A stretch of DNA of 64,000 nucleotides from assembly GCA_022703585.1 (NCBI GenBank), contig JAKLDJ010000002.1, positions 219,413-283,412 of the forward strand, read 5' to 3'. Positions 48,732 through 57,009 of this stretch are shown here, piece by piece (within the stretch, counting starts at the first letter, position 1; each line of letters starts with the position of its first letter). The DNA comes from Candidatus Omnitrophota bacterium. Lineage in GTDB: Bacteria; Omnitrophota; Gorgyraeia; Zapsychrales; JAKLDJ01. The translations under genes and the position numbers were made by a program. The notes under the pieces were generated by a model. It ran no database searches and had not been told where the DNA came from. It saw only the letters and a program-made list of their open reading frames with translations.

Positions 48732-50368
48732 TCAACCGTAGAAATCGGTTTGATATTAAATTTCTCGACAAGGATCTTTAGCACGTTCGGTGATACAAAA
48801 GCCGGCAGAGACGGACCAAGCCGTATATTCTTGATGCCTAAATAAAGCAGCGTCAGAAGAATGCAGACCGCCTTTTGTTCATACCAGGAAAGAATAAACG
48901 ACAACGGCAATTCATTGACACTGCATTTAAACGCACCGGCCAAGGCCGAAGCGATTTTAATCGCCGAATAAGCATCATTGCACTGGCCACAATCCAGCAG
49001 CCTGGGCAAGCCGCCGATCGCACCAAAATCCAAACGGTTAAATCTGAATTTTCCGCAGGCTAAAGTCAGAATGATGCAATTCTTGGGAACTTTCTGAGCA
49101 AATTCCGTAAAATAATTTCTCCCCGGCTTTGCCCCATCGCAACCGCCGATCAAGAAAAATCGCTTGACCGCACCCGCCTTAACCGCCTCGATCACCTTAT
49201 CGGCAACACCCAAAACCGCCTGGTGGCCGAATCCGACGAGAATCGATTTCTCAATTCTGTCTTCTTTAAAGCCTCCCAAGTTTCTGGCCTTGGTGATAAT
49301 TTTACTGAAATCCTTCTTTCCGTTTTTCAGCTCGATATGCCCGACACCAGGCCAGGCAACCAGGCCGGTCGTAAATATCCTGTCCTTGTACGAAGCCACG
49401 GGCTCTTGAATGCAATTGGTCGTCATCAGCACAACCGCCGGTATCCCATCAAATTCTTTCTTTTGATTCTGCCAGGCAGTGCCAAAGTGCCCGACGAGAT
49501 TCTTGTATTTATTAAGCTCGGGATAACCGTGCGCAGGCAACATCTCCCCGTGCGTATAAATATTTACTCCCGCATCTTTTGTCTGCTCTAAAAGTTGCTT
49601 CAAGTCATCCAGGTCATGCCCTGAAACAATAATCGCCGGACCTTTTTTTGTTCCCAAAAGGACTTTGGTGGGAACCGGGTTTCCGAAATGTTTTGTATGC
49701 GCCGTATCCAATATTTCCAGGCATTTTAAATTAACTTTCCCGAATTCCATGATAAGGCTTAAGTAAGCATCGGCTGTTAGAGTATCATCGACCAAGGAAG
49801 CCATCCCTTTATAAAAGAAGGCATTAACCTCCTCGTCTTCTACGCCTAAGACAGCAGCATGGTCGGCATAGGCTGCCATCCCCTTCATCCCGTAGAGAAG
49901 TATTTCTCTGAGGCTCCGGATATCCTCATTAATATTAACGTCAGAGAACAAGCCAACTGCCAAACCCTGACCGAGCAGATTATCTAAAGAATCAGCCGGC
50001 TTAAACTCGGCAGCCTTAGGCAGCTTATCGGAGAAATCGTTGCCGTTTTTATTCTTATAGGCCTTTAAAAACGAGTTCTTGAGATTTTCTCTAACCGTAT
50101 AAGACTTCCTGATCATTCCTGCAATACGTTCGGGGTCAAAATTAACATTGGTGACAGTAGTAAACAATCCCTCAATCAAGAATAAATCCGCCTTTTTCTC
50201 TTTAACCCCTAAATCCCGCGCCATCTTGCCAAAAAAGGCAATGCCCTTCAAACCATGAAGCAGCAGGTCCTGCAAAATAGCCGTATTGGAATCTTTTCCG
50301 CATACCCCTTTTACCGTACACCCTTGCCCTTTGGCAGTTTGTTCACATTGCCGGCACATCATTTCCAT
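48698..50368 (-). CDS. hcp: Hybrid-cluster protein (hydroxylamine reductase).
   Basis: The N-terminal MCRQCEQTAKGQGCTVKGVCGK Cys cluster and the 556-aa length match Hcp. Confidence 0.9.
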   Translation of the reverse strand: MEMMCRQCEQTAKGQGCTVKGVCGKDSNTAILQDLLLHGLKGIAFFGKMARDLGVKEKKADLFLIEGLFTTVTNVNFDPERIAGMIRKSYTVRENLKNSFLKAYKNKNGNDFSDKLPKAAEFKPADSLDNLLGQGLAVGLFSDVNINEDIRSLREILLYGMKGMAAYADHAAVLGVEDEEVNAFFYKGMASLVDDTLTADAYLSLIMEFGKVNLKCLEILDTAHTKHFGNPVPTKVLLGTKKGPAIIVSGHDLDDLKQLLEQTKDAGVNIYTHGEMLPAHGYPELNKYKNLVGHFGTAWQNQKKEFDGIPAVVLMTTNCIQEPVASYKDRIFTTGLVAWPGVGHIELKNGKKDFSKIITKARNLGGFKEDRIEKSILVGFGHQAVLGVADKVIEAVKAGAVKRFFLIGGCDGAKPGRNYFTEFAQKVPKNCIILTLACGKFRFNRLDFGAIGGLPRLLDCGQCNDAYSAIKIASALAGAFKCSVNELPLSFILSWYEQKAVCILLTLLYLGIKNIRLGPSLPAFVSPNVLKILVEKFNIKPISTVDEDLREALAGR

Positions 50369-50383
50369 GTCAATCTCCTTAGT

Positions 50384-50794
50384 TTATTTTCTTGTATTGG
50401 CCGATAGACTCTTAAGCGTAACCGCCCCTAATCTTTCCAAAGCATAATTTTCAATCTTTTTCAGCTCTCCCCTCAAAGGACAGCAAGACTTCTGGGAGCA
50501 GGGTTCTTTAAGGAATACGCATTCACTGACACAGACATCCCCCTGAAAAACTTTTATGATATCCAAGAGCAATATGTCCTGAGCAGGCCGGGCAAGAATA
50601 AACCCCCCTTGATTTCCTTTGGCCGAATCTAAAATCCCGCTCTTTTGCAAAAGCTGGAGTATCTTTCTTAAAAAAGCCCTGGGGATACCCAATTTCTCCT
50701 CGAGATACACGGTTGAAACCATTTTCTCTTTTGATTGCGCGATCTCTCTTAAGGCCCTGACCGCATAATCCGTATCCCTGGTAATCAGCTTCAT
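50384..50794 (-). CDS. Rrf2-family transcriptional regulator (NsrR/IscR-like), probably FeS-binding.
   Basis: It has an N-terminal wHTH (MKLITRDTDYAVRALREIA) and three clustered Cys (CSQKSCCPL). Confidence 0.8.
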   Translation of the reverse strand: MKLITRDTDYAVRALREIAQSKEKMVSTVYLEEKLGIPRAFLRKILQLLQKSGILDSAKGNQGGFILARPAQDILLLDIIKVFQGDVCVSECVFLKEPCSQKSCCPLRGELKKIENYALERLGAVTLKSLSANTRK

Positions 50795-50801
50795 GTCCTA
50801 A

Positions 50802-50828
50802 TGATACTATATAGGTATCATTTGTCAA
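50802..50828 (-). promoter_or_regulatory. Palindromic operator candidate (TGATAC-N7-GTATCA) overlapping the Rrf2 promoter (TTGACA, about 16 nt spacer, TATCAT).
   Basis: tgatactatataggtatca sits 8 nt upstream of the rrf2 ATG, with a TTGACA immediately upstream on the minus strand. Confidence 0.45.
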
Positions 50829-50872
50829 GAAAAAAATAATCAAATAAATATATTAAAATCACGCAGAAAAAC

Positions 50873-51550
50873 CTAAACGCCTCTGAAGAATTTTCGGTAA
50901 TACAAGTACACGGTAAGATTTAAAGAAAGCATCGCGTAGGAATAAAAGAAATCCTCCAGGGGTATCGTTAAGACTCTCACCCCCCATACTGCGGCAGGAT
51001 TGTAGACAACAACCGGCAGGGCCGTCAGGATATAATTAACAATCAAAAAGGGCACGTAGCCCGCGAGTATAAAAAGCCAATACCGCGAAGAGTTCAACAG
51101 CCCCGGAAGAAACCAAAGAGTTAACAACATGGCTGCTCCGCAAAACATAAGGACCGTAAAAGTGTATGCCCTTTCCTGATTAAAGAAAGCAAGGGCAAGA
51201 AATCCCATCGCCCATACCAAAAATACAGCCCTTGGAATTCTGAAACCGCCTTCCTTAATATAAAGCGCGATAACCTCATAAATAAAAATACAACTAAACG
51301 GCACCACCACAAAAAACAGCACCTCTTCAAGCGGAAGCCCGAAAAAGTTCATACCCAGCACATACCGGGCATTAAAACCCCAATCTCCCCGCGCAGTCGC
51401 CATAACATCCCAGACAATAAAAACCGTCCCCACCGATAGAATCGATAAGAATAATTCCGGAAAACGCCTATAATATCCAATTTTCTTTTTAAAGCTGAAA
51501 AGAAAAGGAAAAATAATAACCAAAAAATCAATCCACAAGTAAGTGCTCAT
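50873..51550 (-). CDS. Lycopene cyclase domain protein (fused CrtYcd-type).
   Basis: The 225-aa polytopic protein has two PLEE-containing repeats, characteristic of heterodimeric-type lycopene cyclases. Confidence 0.7.
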   Translation of the reverse strand: MSTYLWIDFLVIIFPFLFSFKKKIGYYRRFPELFLSILSVGTVFIVWDVMATARGDWGFNARYVLGMNFFGLPLEEVLFFVVVPFSCIFIYEVIALYIKEGGFRIPRAVFLVWAMGFLALAFFNQERAYTFTVLMFCGAAMLLTLWFLPGLLNSSRYWLFILAGYVPFLIVNYILTALPVVVYNPAAVWGVRVLTIPLEDFFYSYAMLSLNLTVYLYYRKFFRGV

Positions 51551-52134
51551 TTTTCCAATAATTCCTTCCGGAGATTGCCCAGAGAACTTCGCTGCTGTTT
51601 TGTTAGCTTTCCGTTTCTTAGCAAAAATTCAATCATTTCTAACTGGGTCTTTAGATCAACTCTTGCATAATCTTTACGAACCAGTGACAAATAAAGAGCA
51701 TTTACATCCTGAAGCCGTTTCTCTCCCACCCCAAAAAAAGGCGGCAGATGAGACAGGGTTGCGAACCGGACAAAACGTACTTCTAAGTCATCAGGATCTT
51801 TGTCGACGGCTTTATCGAGTAATTTTAAAGCCAGAGAAAGGCCGCTTACTTTTTGGGCAGGATTGAAAGAAAATTTGGCTTCAAGCCCTTTGGTCGCTCC
51901 GTAATAGGAAAGCACAATCGCCGGATACTCCTCGGAATCAGCAGGTAATCTAGTCTCGATTAATTTTAGGAGCGCTTTTGTATTTTTTTTACCCTTCTGA
52001 GCCTCCCGAAACTCTTTGCGAAGATATTCCCTGGTTATCGCTACGGATTCCGCTTCGAGTGCTTCTAAGTCCGCCGTCCAACAGGCTATAATAATCGAGA
52101 AAAGAGCAATAAAGAAATAGCGGGAATTTCGCAT
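51547..52134 (-). CDS. Hypothetical secreted protein embedded in the carotenoid operon.
   Basis: The 195-aa ORF has an N-terminal signal peptide (MRNSRYFFIALFSIIIACWTA). Both ends overlap neighbouring genes by 4 nt. Confidence 0.5.
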   Translation of the reverse strand: MRNSRYFFIALFSIIIACWTADLEALEAESVAITREYLRKEFREAQKGKKNTKALLKLIETRLPADSEEYPAIVLSYYGATKGLEAKFSFNPAQKVSGLSLALKLLDKAVDKDPDDLEVRFVRFATLSHLPPFFGVGEKRLQDVNALYLSLVRKDYARVDLKTQLEMIEFLLRNGKLTKQQRSSLGNLRKELLEK

Positions 52135-52137
52135 AAT

Positions 52138-52992
52138 CTAAAACCTGCTACCGAAGAACGTAACAATAAAATAGGCTCTTATTAAAAGCAGTAATTTATG
52201 AAAATCACAAATGCGGACTCGTTTTGATAATAAAAACGCAGCATCAAGATTCTTAATTTTTCTAAAGAGCGCGTTGTAATAAAGATATACCGAATATACC
52301 GCCAGGACATAGCTCCTGGGAATCTTTCTTATGCCGTCCAGCGCTACTTTAAATTCCTCCTCAACCTCGGCCTCCATTCGTTTCTTGGCCGCCTCGTTAA
52401 TATCTTCCTTATTCCTGATTCCCGGTAGATAAATCCGCCCGCGCGCCTCCAGGTCGTTTTTTATATCACGCAAAAAGTTGACCTTTTGAAAAGCCGACCC
52501 CAATTTCCTGGCAGGAACAACCAGCTCCTTAAATAACGGTTCATTCCCGGCGCAAAAAACCTTCAGGCACATGAGCCCGATAACTTCCGCGGAGCCATAA
52601 ACATACCTGTCATAAGAATTCTTATCATGGAATTTAAGCGTCAGGTCCATTTCCATGCTGGCAAGAAATGCGTCAATATACTCGCCATCGATCTTATATT
52701 TCTTAACCACATCCTGAAAGACCTCCAAAACCGGATTAGTCGAAACGCCAGCGCGAATAGCCCCATTAACATCTTTCTTGAATTGCTCCAACAAAATCTT
52801 TTTATCGCAACTTTGAAACGTATCCACAATCTCATCCGCCACGCGAACAAATCCGTATATACCGTAGATGGCATCCTGCGCCTCTTTGGGGAAAACCTTG
52901 ATCCCCAAACTAAAAGAAGTGCTGTAACGGTTCGTCATCAGCCGGCTGACCTCGTAACAGGTCTTAAGATAAAGATCCATGGTCATGGACAA
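52138..52992 (-). CDS. crtB: Phytoene/squalene (4,4'-diapophytoene) synthase.
   Basis: The 284-aa ORF has the YCYxVAGTVG-like region (IYGIYGFVRVADEIVD) and the trans-IPP head-to-head synthase fold. Confidence 0.8.
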   Translation of the reverse strand: MSMTMDLYLKTCYEVSRLMTNRYSTSFSLGIKVFPKEAQDAIYGIYGFVRVADEIVDTFQSCDKKILLEQFKKDVNGAIRAGVSTNPVLEVFQDVVKKYKIDGEYIDAFLASMEMDLTLKFHDKNSYDRYVYGSAEVIGLMCLKVFCAGNEPLFKELVVPARKLGSAFQKVNFLRDIKNDLEARGRIYLPGIRNKEDINEAAKKRMEAEVEEEFKVALDGIRKIPRSYVLAVYSVYLYYNALFRKIKNLDAAFLLSKRVRICDFHKLLLLIRAYFIVTFFGSRF

Positions 52993-54445
52993 TCCTCTCT
53001 AAAACAAGTTTGGAGCCGACAATCACCATCGGCAGTCCGGTTCCCGGCACGGTCGAGGCGCCGACGTAATAAAAGTTTTTTAACTTCTCGTCTTTGTTGG
53101 AGGGCCTTAGGTATCCGATTTGGGTCATTCCGTGGCAAAGGCCTAATCCCGATCCCCGATAGAGATTAAACATTATTCCCCAGTCTTGGGGTGTTAAAAT
53201 CTTCTTGACTAATGTATTTTTTGCGACATCGAAACCAATCCTTTTCGACAAATCACCAACGATATTATCCGCTAAATCTTCCTTGTCGAACCAATCTTTC
53301 TTAAAACGCAGATCCGGCACCGGACAAAGAATCAAAATACTCTCGCAACCCTCCGGGGCATATTCGGGATAAGCCTTTGTCGCCACATTAACATAATAAT
53401 ACGGCCTTTGCGGCGCCATCGCGGAAACAAAAACATTTTTGGCATACCCCTTAAAATTGCTCCCCAGGAAATAATTGTGTTGCATCGCATTATCGATTTT
53501 CCCCTTAACGCCTAAGTAAATCGTAAAAGGCGCCAGGCTCCATTGCATTTTATCCAGGCGCTTTTGACTGAACGCCGGTCTTTGTAAAACTTCTCCGCGA
53601 AAAGATGCCGCGTCGGCATTCGAGATAAAGATATCCGCCGGCCAGCGGCGGCCGGTTTGATCTTCCAGCTCGACGGCATTATTGTCTCTTATGTGAACCT
53701 TCTTTACCTCTGATTCAAAAACAAAATCAACGCCCTTGCTTTTGAGAGTATTAACCAGCGCCTCGACAATCCTATACATTCCCCCTTGCACCCCCCAATA
53801 ACCGTTGTGGCGGAATTCGACATAATTTAGAAGGGAATAAATCGCCGGTGTTCGAAAGGGTGTAGCCCCCAAAAAGAAAGAAACTAAAGAAAAGATGACC
53901 CGTAGCTCCTGGGACGAGAAATTTCTTTCGACCTCTTGCCACATATTCCTGAAAAGATACGGCAGATGTTTAACCGGAACGCTGGCAAGTTTGCCGAGAT
54001 AATCCAGGGGCCCGTAAAAATTAGTTTTGATCACCTTGGTGTCGGTGTCATGAAAAAGCTGCTGGCCCTTGCGTAGATATCTTTCAACCTTCCGCGCGAC
54101 ATCCGGCTCGATATCGGCAAACTCTTTTTCCAGTTTGAAAAGGTCTTTGTGAATTTTGTATGGCCTGCTGCGGCCTTCAAAAAATACCTGATATAGCGGA
54201 TCAAGCTCTCGAAGACCGATGGGATTGGCGATACCGCAACTTTTAAAAAGCTCCTCCAGCTCATAGCTCATACTCATAAATGACGGGCCGATATCGAATT
54301 TAAACCCGTCCAAGACAAGCTGGTTGAGCCGGCCGCCGGGGGTTTTATTCTTTTCTAAAACCGTAACCTTGCACCCCATTGCCGAAAGCCTTAGGGCTGT
54401 CGCCAGGCCACCCAAACCCGAACCGATGATAACAACCTTTTTCAT
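52964..54445 (-). CDS. crtI: Phytoene (or diapophytoene) desaturase, FAD-dependent.
   Basis: It has the N-terminal VVIIGSGLGGLATALRLSAMG dinucleotide-binding motif. The 493-aa ORF matches the CrtI/CrtN family along its length. Confidence 0.8.
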   Translation of the reverse strand: MKKVVIIGSGLGGLATALRLSAMGCKVTVLEKNKTPGGRLNQLVLDGFKFDIGPSFMSMSYELEELFKSCGIANPIGLRELDPLYQVFFEGRSRPYKIHKDLFKLEKEFADIEPDVARKVERYLRKGQQLFHDTDTKVIKTNFYGPLDYLGKLASVPVKHLPYLFRNMWQEVERNFSSQELRVIFSLVSFFLGATPFRTPAIYSLLNYVEFRHNGYWGVQGGMYRIVEALVNTLKSKGVDFVFESEVKKVHIRDNNAVELEDQTGRRWPADIFISNADAASFRGEVLQRPAFSQKRLDKMQWSLAPFTIYLGVKGKIDNAMQHNYFLGSNFKGYAKNVFVSAMAPQRPYYYVNVATKAYPEYAPEGCESILILCPVPDLRFKKDWFDKEDLADNIVGDLSKRIGFDVAKNTLVKKILTPQDWGIMFNLYRGSGLGLCHGMTQIGYLRPSNKDEKLKNFYYVGASTVPGTGLPMVIVGSKLVLERIVHDHGSLS

Positions 54446-54470
54446 GGGCCTTCTTTAAAAGAGTTCTTGG

Positions 54471-54734
54471 CTATCGAACTTTCTGCGGACTGCACAGATG
54501 CGCCGCTGAAACGGCGGTGCGTCCGCAGCTATTACAGATATAGGAAAGTTCTCTGATCTTGTCGTTACACAAATGCCTCTGATCGGCGATTAATGACCCG
54601 CACCAATCGCATTGTGCATCACCGCGCATAATGGGCACGCACAGATGGCCGTCTTTAGTTGTTGTCTGGCGACAGGTGGGGCAATGGTGAGAAGTTTTTT
54701 TGGCAGATTTCTTTACTTTTTTTGCTTTAACCAT
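54471..54734 (-). CDS. Small Lys-tailed Cys/His-rich protein with three tandem CxxC-x9-HLC repeats (putative tri-zinc-knuckle protein).
   Basis: The 87-aa ORF is MVKAKKVKKSAKKTS followed by HHCPTCRQTTTKDGHLC, QCDWCGSLIADQRHLC and ICNSCGRTAVSAAHLC. It overlaps the downstream methyltransferase by 8 nt. Confidence 0.55.
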   Translation of the reverse strand: MVKAKKVKKSAKKTSHHCPTCRQTTTKDGHLCVPIMRGDAQCDWCGSLIADQRHLCNDKIRELSYICNSCGRTAVSAAHLCSPQKVR

Positions 54735-55461
54735 TACGGCTCTCCTTATGTTTTATGGAATTTATTTTCTGAATCAAGAACAAGGCTGGTCTTTTGTCGA
54801 GTGAGATTTCTATCCGCCGCCACTCATTGACGGTGGCGGTTTTGATCCATTGAGTGGGAGCAGTTAAATCACAGGCAACACAAAGCAAGGTCGCCGCCTC
54901 ACAACTGGCGAGAACATCTTTTAGGAGATTATCATTGCGGTAAGGCGCCTCCATAAAGATCTGCGTCTGATTCTCCTGGGCAGAGCGCCGTTCTAAATCT
55001 TTAATCTTTTTGATTCGTAGATTTTTTTCTTTCGGCAGGTACCCGTTAAAAGCAAAATTTTGCCCATTTAACCCCGATGCCATGAGCGCAAGGGTAATTG
55101 ACGACGGGCCGACCAGAGGGATAAGTTCCATGCCATGTTTGTGCGCCAGCAAAACCAAATCCGCGCCTGGGTCGGCAACGCAGGGACAACCGCTTTCGGA
55201 AATAATCCCTGCATTCTTATCTGCGATCGTCTTGATGTATTTTTGAATCTCGGCGGCAGGGGTGTGTTCGTTGAGCAAAAGAAATGTGCAGTCGGCAGCG
55301 GAGAACTGCGGATTTATTCGTTTTAAGAAAACTCTTGCCGGTTTTTCTTCCTCGACAATAAAAAGGCGGATAGACTCGATTGTCCGCGCAATATACTGCG
55401 ACACAACCGAGAAATTCTCTTCGGCAATGACATTAGGAATAAGATACAGTTTTCCCGGCAT
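54727..55461 (-). CDS. Tetrapyrrole-methylase-fold SAM-dependent methyltransferase, RsmI-like (16S rRNA 2'-O-methyltransferase family).
   Basis: GKLYLIPNVIAEE matches the GxLYxVxTPIGN region of RsmI. The ORF is 244 aa. Confidence 0.6.
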   Translation of the reverse strand: MPGKLYLIPNVIAEENFSVVSQYIARTIESIRLFIVEEEKPARVFLKRINPQFSAADCTFLLLNEHTPAAEIQKYIKTIADKNAGIISESGCPCVADPGADLVLLAHKHGMELIPLVGPSSITLALMASGLNGQNFAFNGYLPKEKNLRIKKIKDLERRSAQENQTQIFMEAPYRNDNLLKDVLASCEAATLLCVACDLTAPTQWIKTATVNEWRRIEISLDKRPALFLIQKINSIKHKESRNG

Positions 55462-55470
55462 AAAAAAACC

Positions 55471-56316
55471 CTATGATGACTTTTCCCCTCTTATGCTGAT
55501 CGTCACATTGTTAAAGGGAATTTTCTTTCCCGAATCGGCAATGGCCTGCTCGATTAAGCCTACGAGACCGAAACAGCACGGAACCTCCATGTGGGCGTAA
55601 GTGACAGATTTAATCGTATTATTCTTAATAATCTCCGAGAGCCTCTCTTCATAAATACTCATATCGTCCAGCTTTGGGCATCCGACTAATAAAACTTTAC
55701 CTTGCAATAGGTCTTGATGAAAATCCGCATAGGCAAAGGGTACACAGTCTGCCGCAATCAACAAATCGCAGTTTTCCAAATACGGTGCATGAGGCGGAAC
55801 CAACATGATCTGAACCGGCCATTGACGAAGCTGCGATTCGCCCTTGGGTTGGGCCGATTTTTCTTTGCCCGACGCTTTGGAGCCTTCACGAAGATCCATC
55901 ATCCGCGAACCCGGACAGCCGGAAGGCACCGCCTTAGTAGCAGCACAAGAGGAAGATTTTTCAAGAGGATTCATAATACCTTTTCGGGCAAGATAATCCG
56001 TCGCTTCTTTAAGGTATTCAGTCTCATTATGCTCTTTGAGATGTTCGAGATGCGCCCTGACAACATTAGGGCCTTGTTTGACAATATTAATGATGACTTT
56101 CTCCTCGTCATATTTCTCCGCTTCCCGCTCTTCGATGGTGATCGCACCTTCGGGACAATGACCGATACAGGCGCCTAATCCGTCACAAAATAGATCGCTG
56201 ATAAGTCGCGCCTTGCCGTCAATGATCTGTAAAGCCCCTTCCGGACAATTGGGAATACATAGGCCGCAACCGGTACATTTCTCTTCGTTGATATTAATAA
56301 TTTTTCGTTTAGACAT
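55471..56316 (-). CDS. 4Fe-4S dicluster domain protein with a C-terminal Cys-containing domain of unknown function. The ORF extends to 56547; the likely start is MSKRKI at 56316.
   Basis: The N-terminus has CTGCGLCIPNCP and CDGLGACIGHCP motifs. The C-terminal part has SGCPGS, CPKLDD and VPCCFG motifs. Confidence 0.6.
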   Translation of the reverse strand: MSKRKIININEEKCTGCGLCIPNCPEGALQIIDGKARLISDLFCDGLGACIGHCPEGAITIEEREAEKYDEEKVIINIVKQGPNVVRAHLEHLKEHNETEYLKEATDYLARKGIMNPLEKSSSCAATKAVPSGCPGSRMMDLREGSKASGKEKSAQPKGESQLRQWPVQIMLVPPHAPYLENCDLLIAADCVPFAYADFHQDLLQGKVLLVGCPKLDDMSIYEERLSEIIKNNTIKSVTYAHMEVPCCFGLVGLIEQAIADSGKKIPFNNVTISIRGEKSS

Positions 56317-56336
56317 GAGTCCTCGATGAGCTTGAA

Positions 56337-56374
56337 GGGCGAACCGCCGTTTCTTAAGAAACGGCGGTTCGCCC
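56337..56374. terminator. Perfect 19-bp palindromic hairpin (gggcgaaccgccgtttctt/aagaaacggcggttcgccc) between rbr and the ferredoxin-domain gene.
   Basis: A T-tract (CCTGTTTTTC) follows on the plus-strand side. On the minus strand it sits 19 nt after the rbr stop. Confidence 0.55.
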
Positions 56375-56392
56375 CCTGTTTTTCTAAAACCT

Positions 56393-56971
56393 TTAATAAT
56401 TCTCCGCCAGCATTTCAAAATGCGCTTGGGGATGCCTGCAGGCCGGACAAACGGTGGGAGCGGTTGCACCTTCAACAACATAACCGCAATTGGCACAATG
56501 CCATTTAACCGGTTTATCTTTCTTGAAAACCTTGGCCTCGGCAACATTCTTAATCAATGCCCGATAGCGCTCTTCATGAAATTTCTCCACCTTGGCGATT
56601 TGCGCAAACGTATTAGCCACTTCGGGAAAACCTTCCTCCTTGGCCACTTTGGAAAAATCTTGATAGAGCATCGTCCATTCCATATTCTCGCCGGCAGCAG
56701 CCGCCTCCAGATTGCTTTTTGTGTCGGCTATTTTACCCGCCGGATAGCTGGCGGTAATTTCCGCCTCTCCACCTTCTAAATGGTTAAAGAACATCTTGGC
56801 ATGCTCTTTTTCATTTTCGGCAGTCTCGGTAAAGATATTCGATATCTGCACAAACCCTTCCTTTTTAGCCACGCTGGCAAAATAGGTGTAGCGGTTACGC
56901 GCCTGCGATTCGCCGGCAAACGCCGCTAAAAGATTTTTCTCCGTTTGTGTTCCTTTAATCGACTTTCCCAT
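56393..56971 (-). CDS. rbr: Rubrerythrin (diiron four-helix-bundle domain plus C-terminal rubredoxin-like domain).
   Basis: The 192-aa ORF has ExxH diiron motifs and a C-terminal CANCGY...CPACRHP. Confidence 0.9.
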   Translation of the reverse strand: MGKSIKGTQTEKNLLAAFAGESQARNRYTYFASVAKKEGFVQISNIFTETAENEKEHAKMFFNHLEGGEAEITASYPAGKIADTKSNLEAAAAGENMEWTMLYQDFSKVAKEEGFPEVANTFAQIAKVEKFHEERYRALIKNVAEAKVFKKDKPVKWHCANCGYVVEGATAPTVCPACRHPQAHFEMLAENY

Positions 56972-57009
56972 TTTCTTTCTCCTTATTTAATCAGTGTTTA
57001 AGAAAATAT

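Noticed and set aside
52627-53169. 180-aa plus-strand ORF.
   Set aside because: It is antisense to the overlapping crtB and crtI genes and has no domain signature.
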